Shown in pieces: positions 1 through 12,214 of a DNA stretch of 64,000 nt (position 1 is its first letter; each line of letters begins with the position of its first letter). Both the position numbers and the translations under genes were made by a program. A model generated the notes under the pieces. That model searched no databases. It was not told the origin of the DNA and worked only from the letters and a program-made list of their open reading frames with translations. Location: assembly GCA_010015805.1 (NCBI GenBank), contig ML978122.1, positions 2,080,453-2,144,452 of the forward strand. The letters run 5' to 3'. This stretch comes from Rhizodiscina lignyota. Its lineage: Eukaryota.

Positions 1-1032
1 GATGCAAAAGATTCCTTCGAAAAGCAACTCAAGCTTGTACCAGGGGACAAAGACGCAAATACTAAGCTGCGAAAGATAGAGATGCGCCTCCGTGAACAAG
101 AGATAGGAACATATGATGTGACAAAGATCAGAGCCGGCCTGTCTCGAGCTCGTCCACGGGTTGACGCTGCAAGTTTCATCAAGATGACCAAGCTCGGAGA
201 TAGCCCAGGAAGAGGACGTGGCCTGTTTGCAATGCACAACGTATCCCCTAGGGATATAATCATGTGCGAGAAAGCTTTCTGTGTTGTTTGGGGCCATGAA
301 AGAGAAGCCTGGACAGCGATGACATACGACGTGCGTGACGACAGAATCAGGGTATCACCAGTTGGATTGAGCAAATCGATCGTGCATAAACTTCTCAACA
401 ATCCTTCGCAGCTCAGAAAGGTGATAGACCTCTACGGCGATTACCAAGGCGACGGCGAAAGCGTGTTCATGACTGAAGAGGGTCCAGTCGTTGACACCTT
501 TCGAATACACGACATCATGTCCCGCAACGCCTTTGACGCGGGCAAACAGTATGAAGAAGAAGGTTCAAGCAACGCTAGCACCGGCCTCTGGGTCTGGACC
601 TCTTATATCAATCACTCTTGCATCCCTAACGCTAAAAGAGAATACATCGGCGACCTGATGTTACTCCGCGCCACTCGACCCATCCTTGCGGGCGAAGAGG
701 TCTTCATCACCTACGACGAGTCGAGTGACTACGATGCAAGGAAGACAGCTTTGATGAACACATGGGGCTTCGAATGCAACTGTGCGCTCTGCACTGCGGA
801 GAGATCCGACGATCCAGCTGCGCGAAAGAAGCGGCAAGAGCTGGCGACCGATGCCGATGCGTTTTTAGAAAGGGAGCATTGGGCCAATGCAAAGAGGCTC
901 ACGATCGTGAGAGCGCAGCGTCTTGCGCAGGCTATCGATGACACGTATGATGAGGAGAGATACAAGGGCTTGCCTCGTGTAGCAACACAGAGAATTAAGG
1001 ACTGGCTGGCCAAAGCAAGTCCACGGCGATAG
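1..1032 (+). CDS. SET-domain protein (fungal TPR+SET, SMYD-like lysine methyltransferase), 5' end outside the window
   Basis: Frame is open from base 1. It has GRGRGLFA (SET motif I), SYINHSCIPNA (NHSC motif), GEEVFITY and a post-SET FECNCALC cluster. Confidence 0.9.
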   Translation, partial: DAKDSFEKQLKLVPGDKDANTKLRKIEMRLREQEIGTYDVTKIRAGLSRARPRVDAASFIKMTKLGDSPGRGRGLFAMHNVSPRDIIMCEKAFCVVWGHEREAWTAMTYDVRDDRIRVSPVGLSKSIVHKLLNNPSQLRKVIDLYGDYQGDGESVFMTEEGPVVDTFRIHDIMSRNAFDAGKQYEEEGSSNASTGLWVWTSYINHSCIPNAKREYIGDLMLLRATRPILAGEEVFITYDESSDYDARKTALMNTWGFECNCALCTAERSDDPAARKKRQELATDADAFLEREHWANAKRLTIVRAQRLAQAIDDTYDEERYKGLPRVATQRIKDWLAKASPRR

Positions 1033-1264
1033 ATCTGACACTCACAGAGCCATGTAGTATACACGCACCCTGCGCAGAGAGAACAGCAGCTATTGGTTGA
1101 ACCAAATTGGCGTTTTTAAAGTGGGGAATATAACTATGCACTAGCCTAGATTAGAGTAGGGCGGCGCTGACTCTCGCCCTTGTCGCATGCCGTCCAGTCC
1201 TTCATAATTCTGTCACACATCTCCAGAGAGCAGCGACTACTTGAAATGTTTCTATCAAAGTACC

Positions 1265-2242
1265 ATGCCGGACACACGCCTATCACCGTTACCTAGCCTC
1301 GAACTCCCGCGACGAAAAGTTTTGAGACAAAATAATGCCGTCGCAGCCCCTAGCGATGCATCGTTCATAGCACGATTTGGACATGCTTATCCCAAGCCGC
1401 AGTATCTCGATTCTGACCTTGGGACCACAGCTCTGTACGAGATTCCTCCTCCGTCGAGGCAATCAAAACGTCAAATTTTGATCATTCACGGAATATGCAC
1501 GCCTGCGCTTGGAATGCTGCCTCTCACAAAAGAGCTGCAGGCTTTGGATCCAGATGCTCACATTGTCCTTTTCGATCTTTGGGGTCATGGTCTCTCTTCC
1601 ACGCCTCTTGTGGCACATACACCACACATTTTCCACTTTCAGATCTTTCAAGTACTAGGGTTCATGCAGTGGACAAGTGCGCATATTATTGGATACTCTT
1701 TCGGCGCATCGACAGCGATAAGATTTGCGATTCACAATCCTTGGGCTGCATTGTCCGTGGCACTACTTGCACCTGCTGGCCTGTTGCGCAAGGAGGAATT
1801 CAGTCAGCAGATGCAAGAGCTCTTGGAGGACTCGAAGCGAAGAGAGACTGAAGCGGCAGATTGTGTGTTATCCTACCTTGAGGGTGGTCCACTCGTCGTC
1901 CCAACGGATTGGCGAGAACGAGTCAACTCTGGTGAAATCGTCGCTGAAGCACTCCGGGAATGGGAGCTGCAGGAGCATTCCGGCTACCCCTACAGCGTTC
2001 TCAGTATGTTTCGAGAAGGCGGTGTTTCTGGATGCGAGGACTATTTTCGCGAGTTTGCACAGCTATCATTAAAGAAGATTGGAGTGGTTGCAGAGTTGGA
2101 CACTGTCTGCAGCAAGAGCCAGTTAGTCGGCCTTGGATTTCGCGACGTTGAGATCGTGAAGAACGCTGGTCATGCATTTGTACGTGGCGTACCGGACGAG
2201 GTTGCGAGCATCGTGCATCGATTCTGGACTGAGCAACGCTAG
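1265..2242 (+). CDS. Alpha/beta-fold hydrolase
   Basis: First ATG is at 1265. Motifs: IIHG, LFDLWGHGLS, nucleophile elbow GYSFG, and C-terminal AGHAF His motif. Confidence 0.85.
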   Translation: MPDTRLSPLPSLELPRRKVLRQNNAVAAPSDASFIARFGHAYPKPQYLDSDLGTTALYEIPPPSRQSKRQILIIHGICTPALGMLPLTKELQALDPDAHIVLFDLWGHGLSSTPLVAHTPHIFHFQIFQVLGFMQWTSAHIIGYSFGASTAIRFAIHNPWAALSVALLAPAGLLRKEEFSQQMQELLEDSKRRETEAADCVLSYLEGGPLVVPTDWRERVNSGEIVAEALREWELQEHSGYPYSVLSMFREGGVSGCEDYFREFAQLSLKKIGVVAELDTVCSKSQLVGLGFRDVEIVKNAGHAFVRGVPDEVASIVHRFWTEQR

Positions 2243-2705
2243 CCACCAAGAAGAACCAACTACTAGGTACCACGCAATCATTCACAGGCCCTAAAGACGA
2301 AAATAGATTTTGGTGAGGTATCGTAACCTGAATGGAAAGAGGATAAGGCCTAGATTGAGATATGCTCACGTCGTCTCACACCCTGTTTAGTACACTCAAT
2401 TCGGCCAATAATTGGACTTGTGTATGCACGACATCACAACGGAGTATCCCACTCCACCATGCACCCTTTTGCCCGATCCTCCTCCCGAGAAGCGAGCGGT
2501 AAACGGACGAGATGCAAGTTACTTGATGATGTTGGTTGTGTCCGAGAAGCTCGATGACGAGCTGGACATTGAAAGTGCTATGCGGGGTAGCGGACATAGA
2601 ACATCCGCGTCTCTGCCCATATCATATCGAAACGTCTGAAATAAAACACGCATCTCACATCTCAATTTGCGGAAATTTGAAACAAACAAATTCCATCAAT
2701 TCACA

Positions 2706-3626
2706 ATGGCTTCAGCATTTCAGCACCCAATGAAACCGTTCGTCATTTTTGCCCAGATCCAGACAAAGGGAGAAGACAAGATCAAAATAGTACGCACTTA
2801 GCCCAGAGTTGCATTTTCATCGAGTAACATAGATGCTTCAAGGAGCTCGAGAACGTTGGACCCGTAGTCAAGCACGAGAGTCAGCAACCTGAATGCGACT
2901 CATATTGTTTTCTGCAGCCTCTCGAGGGCAACAAGAGTCGCTTTACAGTCTATGAGGCGTCAGGTTTCTTCCTCCATCATTGAAATATCTGTTAACCCCT
3001 TGCAGTTACGATAATAAGGAATATGCTATGAATAACCACCGAAACTCTGACGCATTCAAAGCATTTAGGGAGTTAGTATAACACTGACTCGGAAGGGAGA
3101 CGGCGTCACACATGCTAAAGAGTCCTACAGAGTAGTGGCAAGCTCTGATACTCGTCAATCTCTCGATGTTCAGGCCTTTACCCCGAAAGGAGGTTTCCTC
3201 TGGCGTTCAGAGCCCCCGAAGCTTCCCTTGGGCGATCAATTTATCTGGATAGCATTCCTGAAGGCGACACCTGGCAAAAGAGACGAGTTGATCTCGTACG
3301 CTCTCACGCACGCAGGCAACGTTCATCGGACCGAGGACGAGACTTTGAGCTTTGTTGTGCTCGAGAAAGACGATGACAAGGAGACAGTTGTTCTCTTTGA
3401 GCGATACACGAGTGAGGAGTACTTCGAAAAGGTCCACAAAACCAGCGAGACTATGCAGCAATACCGTGCCAATGTACGTCCACGGCCCCAAAGATGCTAT
3501 ACGAAGCCCTCTGAAATAGCATTGCTGATTGAAGTATCGCAGATTGGCCCAATTCTTGCAGACAGAAACAGTGAGGGGTTTGCAGCGAGAAGGGGCTTCC
3601 TTGACAAGCGAGAGGCGGTCGCATAA
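2706..3626 (+). CDS. Tandem ABM (antibiotic biosynthesis monooxygenase / dimeric alpha+beta barrel) domain protein, about 5 exons
   Basis: Spliced by eye: MASAFQHPMKPFVIFAQIQTK..ECDSYCFLQP..FTVYEAYDNKEYAMNNHRNSDAFKAF, then a second unit FIWIAFLKATPGKRDEL..VVLFERYTSEEYFEKVHKTS. Both units carry the ABM 'ExYx(n)H' pattern. The first acceptor site is uncertain. Confidence 0.7.
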
Positions 3627-4032
3627 ATGGCCCGTCTCATGCCCAGGCACCAGGGAATCAACGATGTATTATAAAGAGGAAGAAGAAATTGCGAGAAAGA
3701 GGCCATCGATGGATGAGCTTGTATTATGAGATCCACGTGACAGTCCTGGTACAGCCTGTTCTGATTCGCTCGTTCGTTCAATCTGACCCCGATTGCATGA
3801 TCTGCACACAGCCTGCAGCCACCTCCTACAGAGTACCAGCTCGCCAGGGGTCATTTCCATGCTGCTCTCAGTTTAGATATTGCCTCCGCATCTTAAATTC
3901 TCAGCCTGATTGTATTTCCTTTTTCATAAGAGACCGCTGTGATCTCTCTGAACTTGAGGAAGCCGTGTTTCCACTCGTTTATCGACAGCTGCTACGACTC
4001 TTCTGGCGTAAATGACGAAAAAAGCATCGGCT

Positions 4033-4932
4033 ATGCGACTCCTTACGACTGCTCTTTCTGTTTCTCTCTCTTTTTTATTCTCAAAGGCTGAAGCAGGCAG
4101 TCAATGTTATTGGCCAAATGGAGAGCCTGTGACTGATAACTATTCTCCCTGTCCTCCAGCAGGTGAAGCCAGTCATTGCTGTGCCGATACAGAGGTATGC
4201 CCGAGCAACGGTCTCTGTTTTGGAGCTGGAATATGCATGGTATGTTTACAGTTCCTCATCGGCTGTTCACGGAATTCTGTTCCTGTTAGATACCAATCCT
4301 TACAGGTCTACCGAGGAGCTTGCACCGATTAGCAATGGGAACATGAGCCATGCAACAGCGTTAAGGCATTATGTCCATGTAAGCTATCATATAGTGATGC
4401 CTATGTTGTAGAGCGTGCTCTATGTGCAGTCAAGGAAAAAGAAAATGCTGAACTCTGGAAGCGAACGTAGGAACAACAACGAATGTCGCGAAATGTACCA
4501 ACGGCACCAACAGCGGCCTGTTCTCCTGCGAAAATGGTCCTTCCTGCGAAGATTCCACCGCGACTAATGGATTTTTCGAGTGGCCAAACGGTATCGTGGA
4601 AGGCATAGCAGGCGCCAGCAATTCTACTGCCTCATCCAACTCATCTAAGACATGCACAAATGGAACGTCACATGGCGGTGGTATTTCCACGTCGGTTCCG
4701 ATTGGTGTCGGAGTTGGTGTTGGCGTGCCACTTGCCATTGCAGCGATTTCATTTGGCGTTTTGTGGTTCCAGGAGAAGAAAAAGAATAAGGCATAATTGG
4801 CGAGCGAAGGTAGAAGTGATCTTAGACTGAAGGAGTTATCCTACTCGCAGTATTCGGCCTTGCAGAGTCACCAACAGTCACTCTTCCCGATCGAAGTCGC
4901 CGGTAATCCTGTGCATCGGGAGCTGCAGTAGG
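4033..4932 (+). pseudogene. Secreted Cys-rich single-pass membrane protein (Mid2-like fungal family) with two in-frame stops
   Basis: Signal peptide, CYWPNG..CP..HCC..C.SNGLC, YRGACTD, Ser/Thr stalk and TM segment IGVGVGVGVPLAIAAISFGVLWF. In-frame TAG at 4330-4332 and TAA at 4794-4796; the frame continues to ..HRELQ* at 4932. Confidence 0.7.
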
Positions 4933-5192
4933 CGCCGACTTTGGTTGAAATAGCTTTGCTCAGGGGTTCATGTTGGAAGGAAAGGTGGAGACTCAACTGT
5001 GCGCTTGGGCTGCGGACTTGGTCTGTTTAGTTTAGATTTCGGATGACGAAGCTTTCCCGTTCTCTCATGTCGGATCATCGGCAGATGTCTGGAGGAAGAT
5101 ATTGTCATAGCGTGCAGAGAGGAGGCCACTGGAGAAACGCACATAGGTGAATTTTGGGATATATGGCTCGTCCATCAGAAGCAGTTTAGTCC

Positions 5193-6846
5193 CTACCAAT
5201 TTACACTCCTCGTGAATCCGGTCCATCCGTTCTCGATATCTGCGCTGCGGCGAAAAAGGACAATGGCAGACCGCAATCCGTCAAATTCGAGTGAGATATC
5301 TCGGAGCCTACACTCTTCAGGTATATCTGCCATGTGCTGCACACTGCGTGTCTCTCCTTGAGCCCACAGCCTTTTTCCCGCAAGCTCCTCTTCTATCATC
5401 ATCGCCTCCAAAGCAATGCGGCCCGCAATCACGCTGTCCCAGACGCCTTCTCGTCGTGGAAAGTTGAGCATCACGTAAATTGCCTGGATTAGACGCATAT
5501 TGCGGAGGTCGTCCATTCTCGAGCCGTTTAGAGAGACTAGGTCCATTCTTCAGTAATTCAGTGTCGCTACTGAGTTGCCGCGAGTATTGTACGATATCAT
5601 CTGGGGGTGCATCGTAAATGGTGCACGAGAGTCTGAAAATTTCTCTGAATTCGGGCTGTAGCTCATCCCAGTCCATTTCCTTGCGGTCGAACCCTATTCC
5701 TGCGATTTTCAAGAATAGCTTGATAGACACACGGTAGATGCCGAGGACTTGGAGACCTCTGATATCTTTCTTCGTCAGTGAGCTACCCTGATTATGTAGC
5801 ATTCCGGTGCAGGCTGCCTCTCCGGCGGTGAACTGGACTTGTATCGAATTCAAGTGCCGTAGAAGATTTGACGGGCCTAATCCTTGCGGAGAGTCCGGAG
5901 ACTGCATGACCAGAGTTAAGACGTAAAAGAGGTCTACGAAAAAGGCGAGCGCCGCAGGAGTAGAATCGAATGTGTTTATAGGCGCTTGCGGAACGGAAAT
6001 CTTCCTTGAATGCCAAGTCTGGAGGTTCTCCAGGCTCAAATAAAAGCGTGATTGGACATTGAGACGTTTGAAGAGTGACCGAGCAGCAGGAAATGAGATT
6101 GGAATTAAATCATCCAAGTCTTGACGTGTCGCTCGGATCGTTTCAAGTCGTTCAAGAATCTTCATGCCAGTTTCTAGATGAATCAGAGTCTGTTCTTGAT
6201 GTCCTTGTATGCTCGATAAGGAGGGGAAAAGCACACAGACCCCCATCGTAATTGCTTGATCTGCCGACTGCCCAGAACCAGACGTCATAATAATCTGTTG
6301 TATCGCTTTGTTGTATTGCTCTAATGCAAATCGCGTATTTGGATCTGCAGCATCTGCAGCAACGGCCGTCTCCTTCCCGGACCAAAACTTCTGTTGCATA
6401 GTACCAAGCGCAGCCGCAGCATGTCTTACTGCTGGGAAATTATGTGATGCTCTTAGGACGTCACAGCGCCAGAATGTGTCTGCTTCGGTAAAGTACTCCT
6501 TCGACTCCGCCGCCGTGCAAATCCGGAAATGGTAGAGACCCTTCTAGTTCATGTTGCGTCGCACTTGGTAAATCGCTCAACGGTGGTCTCAGCGAGGCAG
6601 GCGTCTCAGAGTCTGAAGACGCATTTGCGTTTGGATTGGTATATCCATCGCATTTTCGTCCCGTAGAGGTGCACTTGACACAAGCCGGCTTCGCTTCATC
6701 GCATTTAATTCTGCGAATCCTGTCGACCTTGTTAGTCTTGCCACACAATAGAAAATGATTGTGATGTCGTGCCTGCAAGTGATGCATCCAGTTCTCGTCT
6801 TGGGTGCCCAGGCACGCTGACGGGATTTGACATTGGCCTTGTCCAT
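5193..6846 (-). pseudogene. Zn2Cys6 transcription factor with two frameshifts
   Basis: KTRTGCITCR/IRRIKCDEAKPACVKCTSTGRKCDGY (split by an intron), middle region PAVRHAAAALG..ALEQYNKAI, and C-terminal PRREGVWDS motif. Frame changes occur near 6540 and near 5500-5550. Confidence 0.8.
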
Positions 6847-7296
6847 GATTTTACTTTCGCGGGCAAGACGAGGTTAGCCTTGCCCATCTCGCGCGCCATA
6901 GACATTTTAAAAAGATTAAGAGAGGAGTCACCCCAAATTGTAGAAGGCAGGTGGTAGGGGGTTTCAGCATTGGTGAAGTACGAATACGACAGGCCGCCGC
7001 TCCGGACCATCAAGAGGGCTTTTAGTAATTCCTCGGGATCTCGGTGTTACAGTTGATGTACGCATCAGAGGGAGGCAAAAGCTTTCTTAACGGAGTATAA
7101 TTGCTGGATTCTGATTGACAGCCGGATTTGGGGGCCAAATAGGCCTTGGGAGTCTGGAACGTGGTGCAGTGCAGCTCAGGGGGGGTGGCGTCGGTCTACA
7201 GCAGGCTAACCTGATTGGGATGGCGGGGGATACCGGAATATGTCCCAACTTCAAGTTTTATACCACGCAGAATGAGGTGTCTTCATACACATCAGG

Positions 7297-9302
7297 ATGA
7301 GCTCCACCGCTAGCAAAACTTGCCCGGAATGCAGGAAGATCAGGTTTGAGTACTTAGAGTCAAGAGACGAAAAGACAATTCGAGAATATTTCACATTCAG
7401 CCAACTTGTGAAGCCAGCTTCAATGGGCTGCCTTTTCTGCGCTTTTGTTCACACGATTATTACTGAAAGGGTAACGAAAAGGAAACGCGATCCTTATCGG
7501 AACATGGAAATGGTGGTAGAATTTATTTCTGGGGTCTCAGCGGATTTTGAGGCCAACATCAGATGTGTATTCTTCCCGCGAAGTCCGGCAGTATTTATGT
7601 CATGGCGGATGCATCAAGAGGAACACACAATGGTCATGATGGGCACCCTTGTTGCCAAAGCAGGTAAGACTTCTTTGATTCTCATATACGAAAAGCTATC
7701 CTCATATACGGACAAAGATGGCCCGGCTGCGAAATTCGTATCAGACAGAGTAGTTGAACCCGACGTAGAAGACGCGATTCAGTTGGCCCAGACATGGATG
7801 AATACCTGCCTCTCTGGACATACCAGATGCTCAGCGAGTGAGGTACCTCTACTTCCAATTAGAGTGGTCGACGTAGAAGTTACTGCTACGCTGAACTGCA
7901 AGCTTCACATCTCTTCTCCTGGCGAACGCAGAAATTATCTTACGCTAAGCTATTGCTTGGGAGTAGGCGAGAAGGGCCATGTCCTTACGCAGAACAATCT
8001 GTCCGAAAAGGAGAGTAGTATTAGCATAGACCTCCTCCCAAAGACCCTACAGGATGCTGTTTTCATAACTCGGAAGTTGCGGCATCGGTACCTTTGGGTA
8101 AGATTTTGCAGGATTCGCTAGAGGATTGGGAGACCGAAGCCGCAAAGATGGGCGACATCTACGCCAATTCAACACTCACTATCGCAGCGGCCAGTGCAGC
8201 AGACGCAAGGCAGGGCATTTTGCTGCCTCGCCCCCCTACATTACCAGAATCACCTCCATTGCAGTTCACTTGCCCCGACGGGAACTCGGGGACAGTATTT
8301 CTTCGGCACACAGATCCTTCAGATGTGGAAGAACCACTGAATCTGCGGGGATGGGCTCTGCAGGAAAGACTTCTCACGCCTCGAACTCTATTTTTCGGAA
8401 CTCACCAGATGACATGGGAATGTCGTGAAACAGTTTTCGCTGAAGGCAAGAGTGACTACAGTGGAATACGATGGTCCGGTAGAAATCCTCTGTCTGATAT
8501 CCATCCATTTTCACAGACGCTGCCTCTCACATCGAGTGAAGTTCTTGCTAGGTGGGAGGAAGTCGTTTCAGACTATACATCACGCAATCTTACACTCGGA
8601 ACCGACAAGCTACCTGCGCTAGCAGGCATCGCGGCTATATTTAAGAGTGCCTTCGGGAATGACGGGTATCTTGCGGGGCTGTGGAAATCGAGTTTGCCTT
8701 GCGGACTCCTCTGGGCTGGTATCGGTAGCGAACATCTGGAGCGCAAACTGTTGCCTTATCGCGCCCCATCCTGGTCTTGGATGTCTGTTGATGGATCTGT
8801 CACGACCATGAGACGGGACTCAAAGGACCCAGTGTGCGCGACAATCATTCATGCAGGTGTAACAGGACGAGCACCACAGAGCCTTACTTCCTGCCTTAGT
8901 GGTAAACTGATTGTGCGGGCCCCGGTGAGAAGACCATCGAAATCCAAGCTCCTGTATAATAGCGCTAATCCTCGTCACAATATACGAGGGTTTTATTTCG
9001 ACGGAGGAGAGAATGACGGGCCCAATGAACCTCTAGAGAAATACAGAGAGCAATCCTGTGGGATTTGTGAATTCGATGACTACGATGAGATGCTTCAAGC
9101 AGACTCAACTCAACTCTTGTGCTTGAGGAAAACATTAAAAAGGGGCCTCATGATCTTACCGGTGGCAGGAACGGATGTATTCCGGCGAGTGGGATATTGC
9201 ACAATTTATGAGGAACCTCTTAAATTTACAATAGAGAAGCCAGAAGACCGGTATGAAGATTTATCTAAGGAGTGGCCAGTCCGGGAAATAAGGCTCGTCT
9301 GA
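7297..9302 (+). pseudogene. HET (heterokaryon incompatibility) domain protein, frameshifted in the domain core
   Basis: LPIRVVDV, YLTLSYCLG, LPKTLQDAVFITRKL..YLWV, then in another frame ILQDS.EDWETEAAKMGDIYANSTLTIAA, PLNLRGWALQERLL, DKLPALAGIA, YLAGLW, RAPSWSWMS. The frame break is near 8098-8103. Confidence 0.8.
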
Positions 9303-9769
9303 GAAAATAGGATGTTTGGGGGTTATTGGCATGCCACATTAATATCGAATGCGCTTTTCAAGGGAAAGATTTCGGGACCGATATAAACAGGCCAGATATT
9401 GTCTGGGGTGGAGTGGGCATCTAATTATACTTAATCGGATTGGGTGGATCTGGATTGGAGCTACCTCATAGTCTATCTGATCTAGTTCGGTCATCATAAT
9501 TTGGCGCAAATTGTTTGAGTGAGCCTCGTGTATAATCGGCCCGCATTGTAGAAAGGTATTTACAGTGTCGTGAGGTCTGCCTATATACAGCAAAAGAGTG
9601 TGAAGGCATCTCGCAGCTGGAAAATGACTCTTGAAAGTGAATGGTATCGTGCCACTTTGTCCCAGTCCGTCCTCTACCATACCCGGGAATTCATGAATCT
9701 TCGTCAATCGTACCAAAGGCGTGACTACAGATGCCAGAGGCATCCAAATCATACGACTTCGGCCCCTAC

Positions 9770-12214
9770 CTAGCGCGACACACTGCCGCTCCTCCGGAAG
9801 GCACTGGTGATAGAACCGTGCCTGGCTTGCTCAAGGCCAGCAGCGACGCTCTTGCTCCTCGCCTGTTCGCTGGCAAGGTTCTGGTCAAAGTGGTAAAGCG
9901 GCTCGAGCTTGGCGTTCTTGTTGCGGAAGATATAGCGCTTAACGAAGTACGGAAGAGAGTGGCGGAGCTGGTACTGCATGTGCTTCGCGGTCGGGACGGC
10001 GAAGACGTAGTCGAGCTCCTCAAGAGTTCGCTGCTTTGTCTCGGGAACCAAGAAGAAGATCATGATGAGTGCGGTAACATTGAGAGCGGCGTAGAAACCG
10101 AACGCGCCGGTGGGCGTCATGGCTGCCACCATGCGGGGCCAGGTGAGACCGAGCACGAAGGCCCAAAAGAGACAGGTCGCGACGGCCCAACTCATTCCGA
10201 CTTCCCTGTGGGAGAGTGGGAAAACCTCTGTAAATGCGTTAAATCTTCGAGCGGCATGAACAGAGAAGGAGAGGATGAGAACATACCAGCAGAGTAAGTG
10301 AATGGCACTGGACCTTCACCAGGGCTGTAGAATGCTGCGAAGAGATAGATGAATGTAGCGACTAGGCCAAGATGCGCTTTATTGTCCGCAGGGATCAAGA
10401 AACAGAGGCCGCAGGCCAGCAGAGTCCAAGCCATGTTGGGAAAAGTGAAGAGCAGGAGAGCGCGCCTCCCAAAGGTGTCAATGGTCCAGACGGCCGGGAA
10501 AGCGAAGACAAAGTTGACAAGACCGAAGCCAAAAGATGCAACCAGGGCATTTGATGCAGTGGCACCGGCCTGCTGGAAGACGGAGGAGCTGTAGAAGGCA
10601 ATGATGTTGATACCACACATCTGTTGGGCGATCATGACGGTAAATGAAGCGAGAGTAGCGCGACGCACACGCGGGATGGTGAAAAGTTCAATGAAGCGGG
10701 TAAGATAGGTGCTTTTTCCGATAATATGAGCCTCCTCGACGAGTTGTGCGTGAACGTAGTACAGATCACGTGCGGCTTGAAGAGGTGTGTTTCGCAGACG
10801 GAGGAGCGACTTGTAGGCATTTTGATAGCGGCCCTGGATCATTGGTTAGCGTTGAATATCTAATTAGGACCTGCAACACATCTGCTTACCTTCTTCATGT
10901 ACCATCTTGGTGATTCGGGACAAAAGAACACACCGAAGACTAGTGGCACAGCTGGAATGAAGGCGGATCCTGGGAGGAAAGAACGTTAGGTGCTTCCTTA
11001 GCCCTCCCAAAATTATGGGACTCACCGAACTGAAGACGCCAGGCAATGGCGCCGGTATTGCGGACCGCGAGATTCGCGCAGAAACCGAGGAAAATGCCAA
11101 ACGCGGTCCAGAGCTGCCAGCACATAACCAGGCCACCTCGGACGGCGGCGGGGACGTTTTCCGCAGCTGAAGAATCATGTTAGTCCGAATAAGAAACAGC
11201 GTAATCAAAGTATTCAATATTTACCGTATATTGGGACCGTGCTAGCCTTGCTGCCCATGCCAATGCCGAGTAACAAACGCGTGATGAACAGTTGATACCA
11301 TGTCTACAGGTGCGTGATGTTAGCCAGTATATTCAAGAGCTTAGGAAATTTGCGAGTGACATTGGATTTCCCTACAGGAACCTGCAGCGGTAATGATATG
11401 AAAATTGAAACGGAGTATTTACCTGGGAGAAGCCAGAACCAATAACTGAGAGGAGGCAGAAGACGGCAGAGAAGAAGATGGTACCTCGACGACCAAAGTA
11501 ATTGTTCAATGGGTCTAAGAAGGCATTCTCGTTAGTTTCTCGATGCATTCAGACATTGAGAATGGCCATCTTACCAGAGATCCAGGCACCAAGAAATGCA
11601 GAGGCCAAGTATGGAGCGCCATTGATCAGTCCCACAAGCCACAGGTTGTGGATATAGTCCGGGTTTGGAACACTGTTGGTAGGAGCGTCGAGGTATTGAG
11701 CGTCGCTGATTCCGAAAGCTTGTGGGAAGGACAAGTTCGCGCCATTAGAGCCAGTCTGATCCCAGCCTTGGACAGCCGCGCCAATAGAGCAGAGGATGAC
11801 TGTGAAGTACATGGCCTTTGGCTGGCGCCACTTGTGAAGGACCTCATTTTGGAGAGCCTCCTTCTCCACATCCGTCAAGCCCTCAACCTCCTCAAAGCGT
11901 GCGGGATCCTGAGCGCAAAGAGCACCCTTCTTGAGAATATCGGTGATATCTGTCATTTCACGCTCCTGTGCGAAGTCCTCGACCTGCTGCAAGAGAATTT
12001 GCTTGGGGATGCCAGCCAATGGGTTCTTGATCCTGCACATTAACACTTATTAGCAAATGCAAACACATAGCGCATTATTATGAGTCAGTGTGTACCTGGC
12101 TTCCTTGTTACTGTTGAGGTTGACCTCATCGTGACTGAAACCCTTCTCGTTGTAGGCAGTGTCGCCATTCTCAAAGGTCTCGTTCTGGACCTTCTTCTCC
12201 TCAATGTCCGACAT
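9770..12214 (-). CDS. MFS sugar porter (polyol / myo-inositol transporter-like), multi-exon
   Basis: Start MSDIEEKK at 12214. Motifs: [72 protein letters not shown]. Confidence 0.93.

Noticed and set aside
9339..9752. 137-aa minus-strand ORF between the HET gene and the transporter
   Set aside because: No recognisable homology; it lies in the convergent 3' region of two genes.
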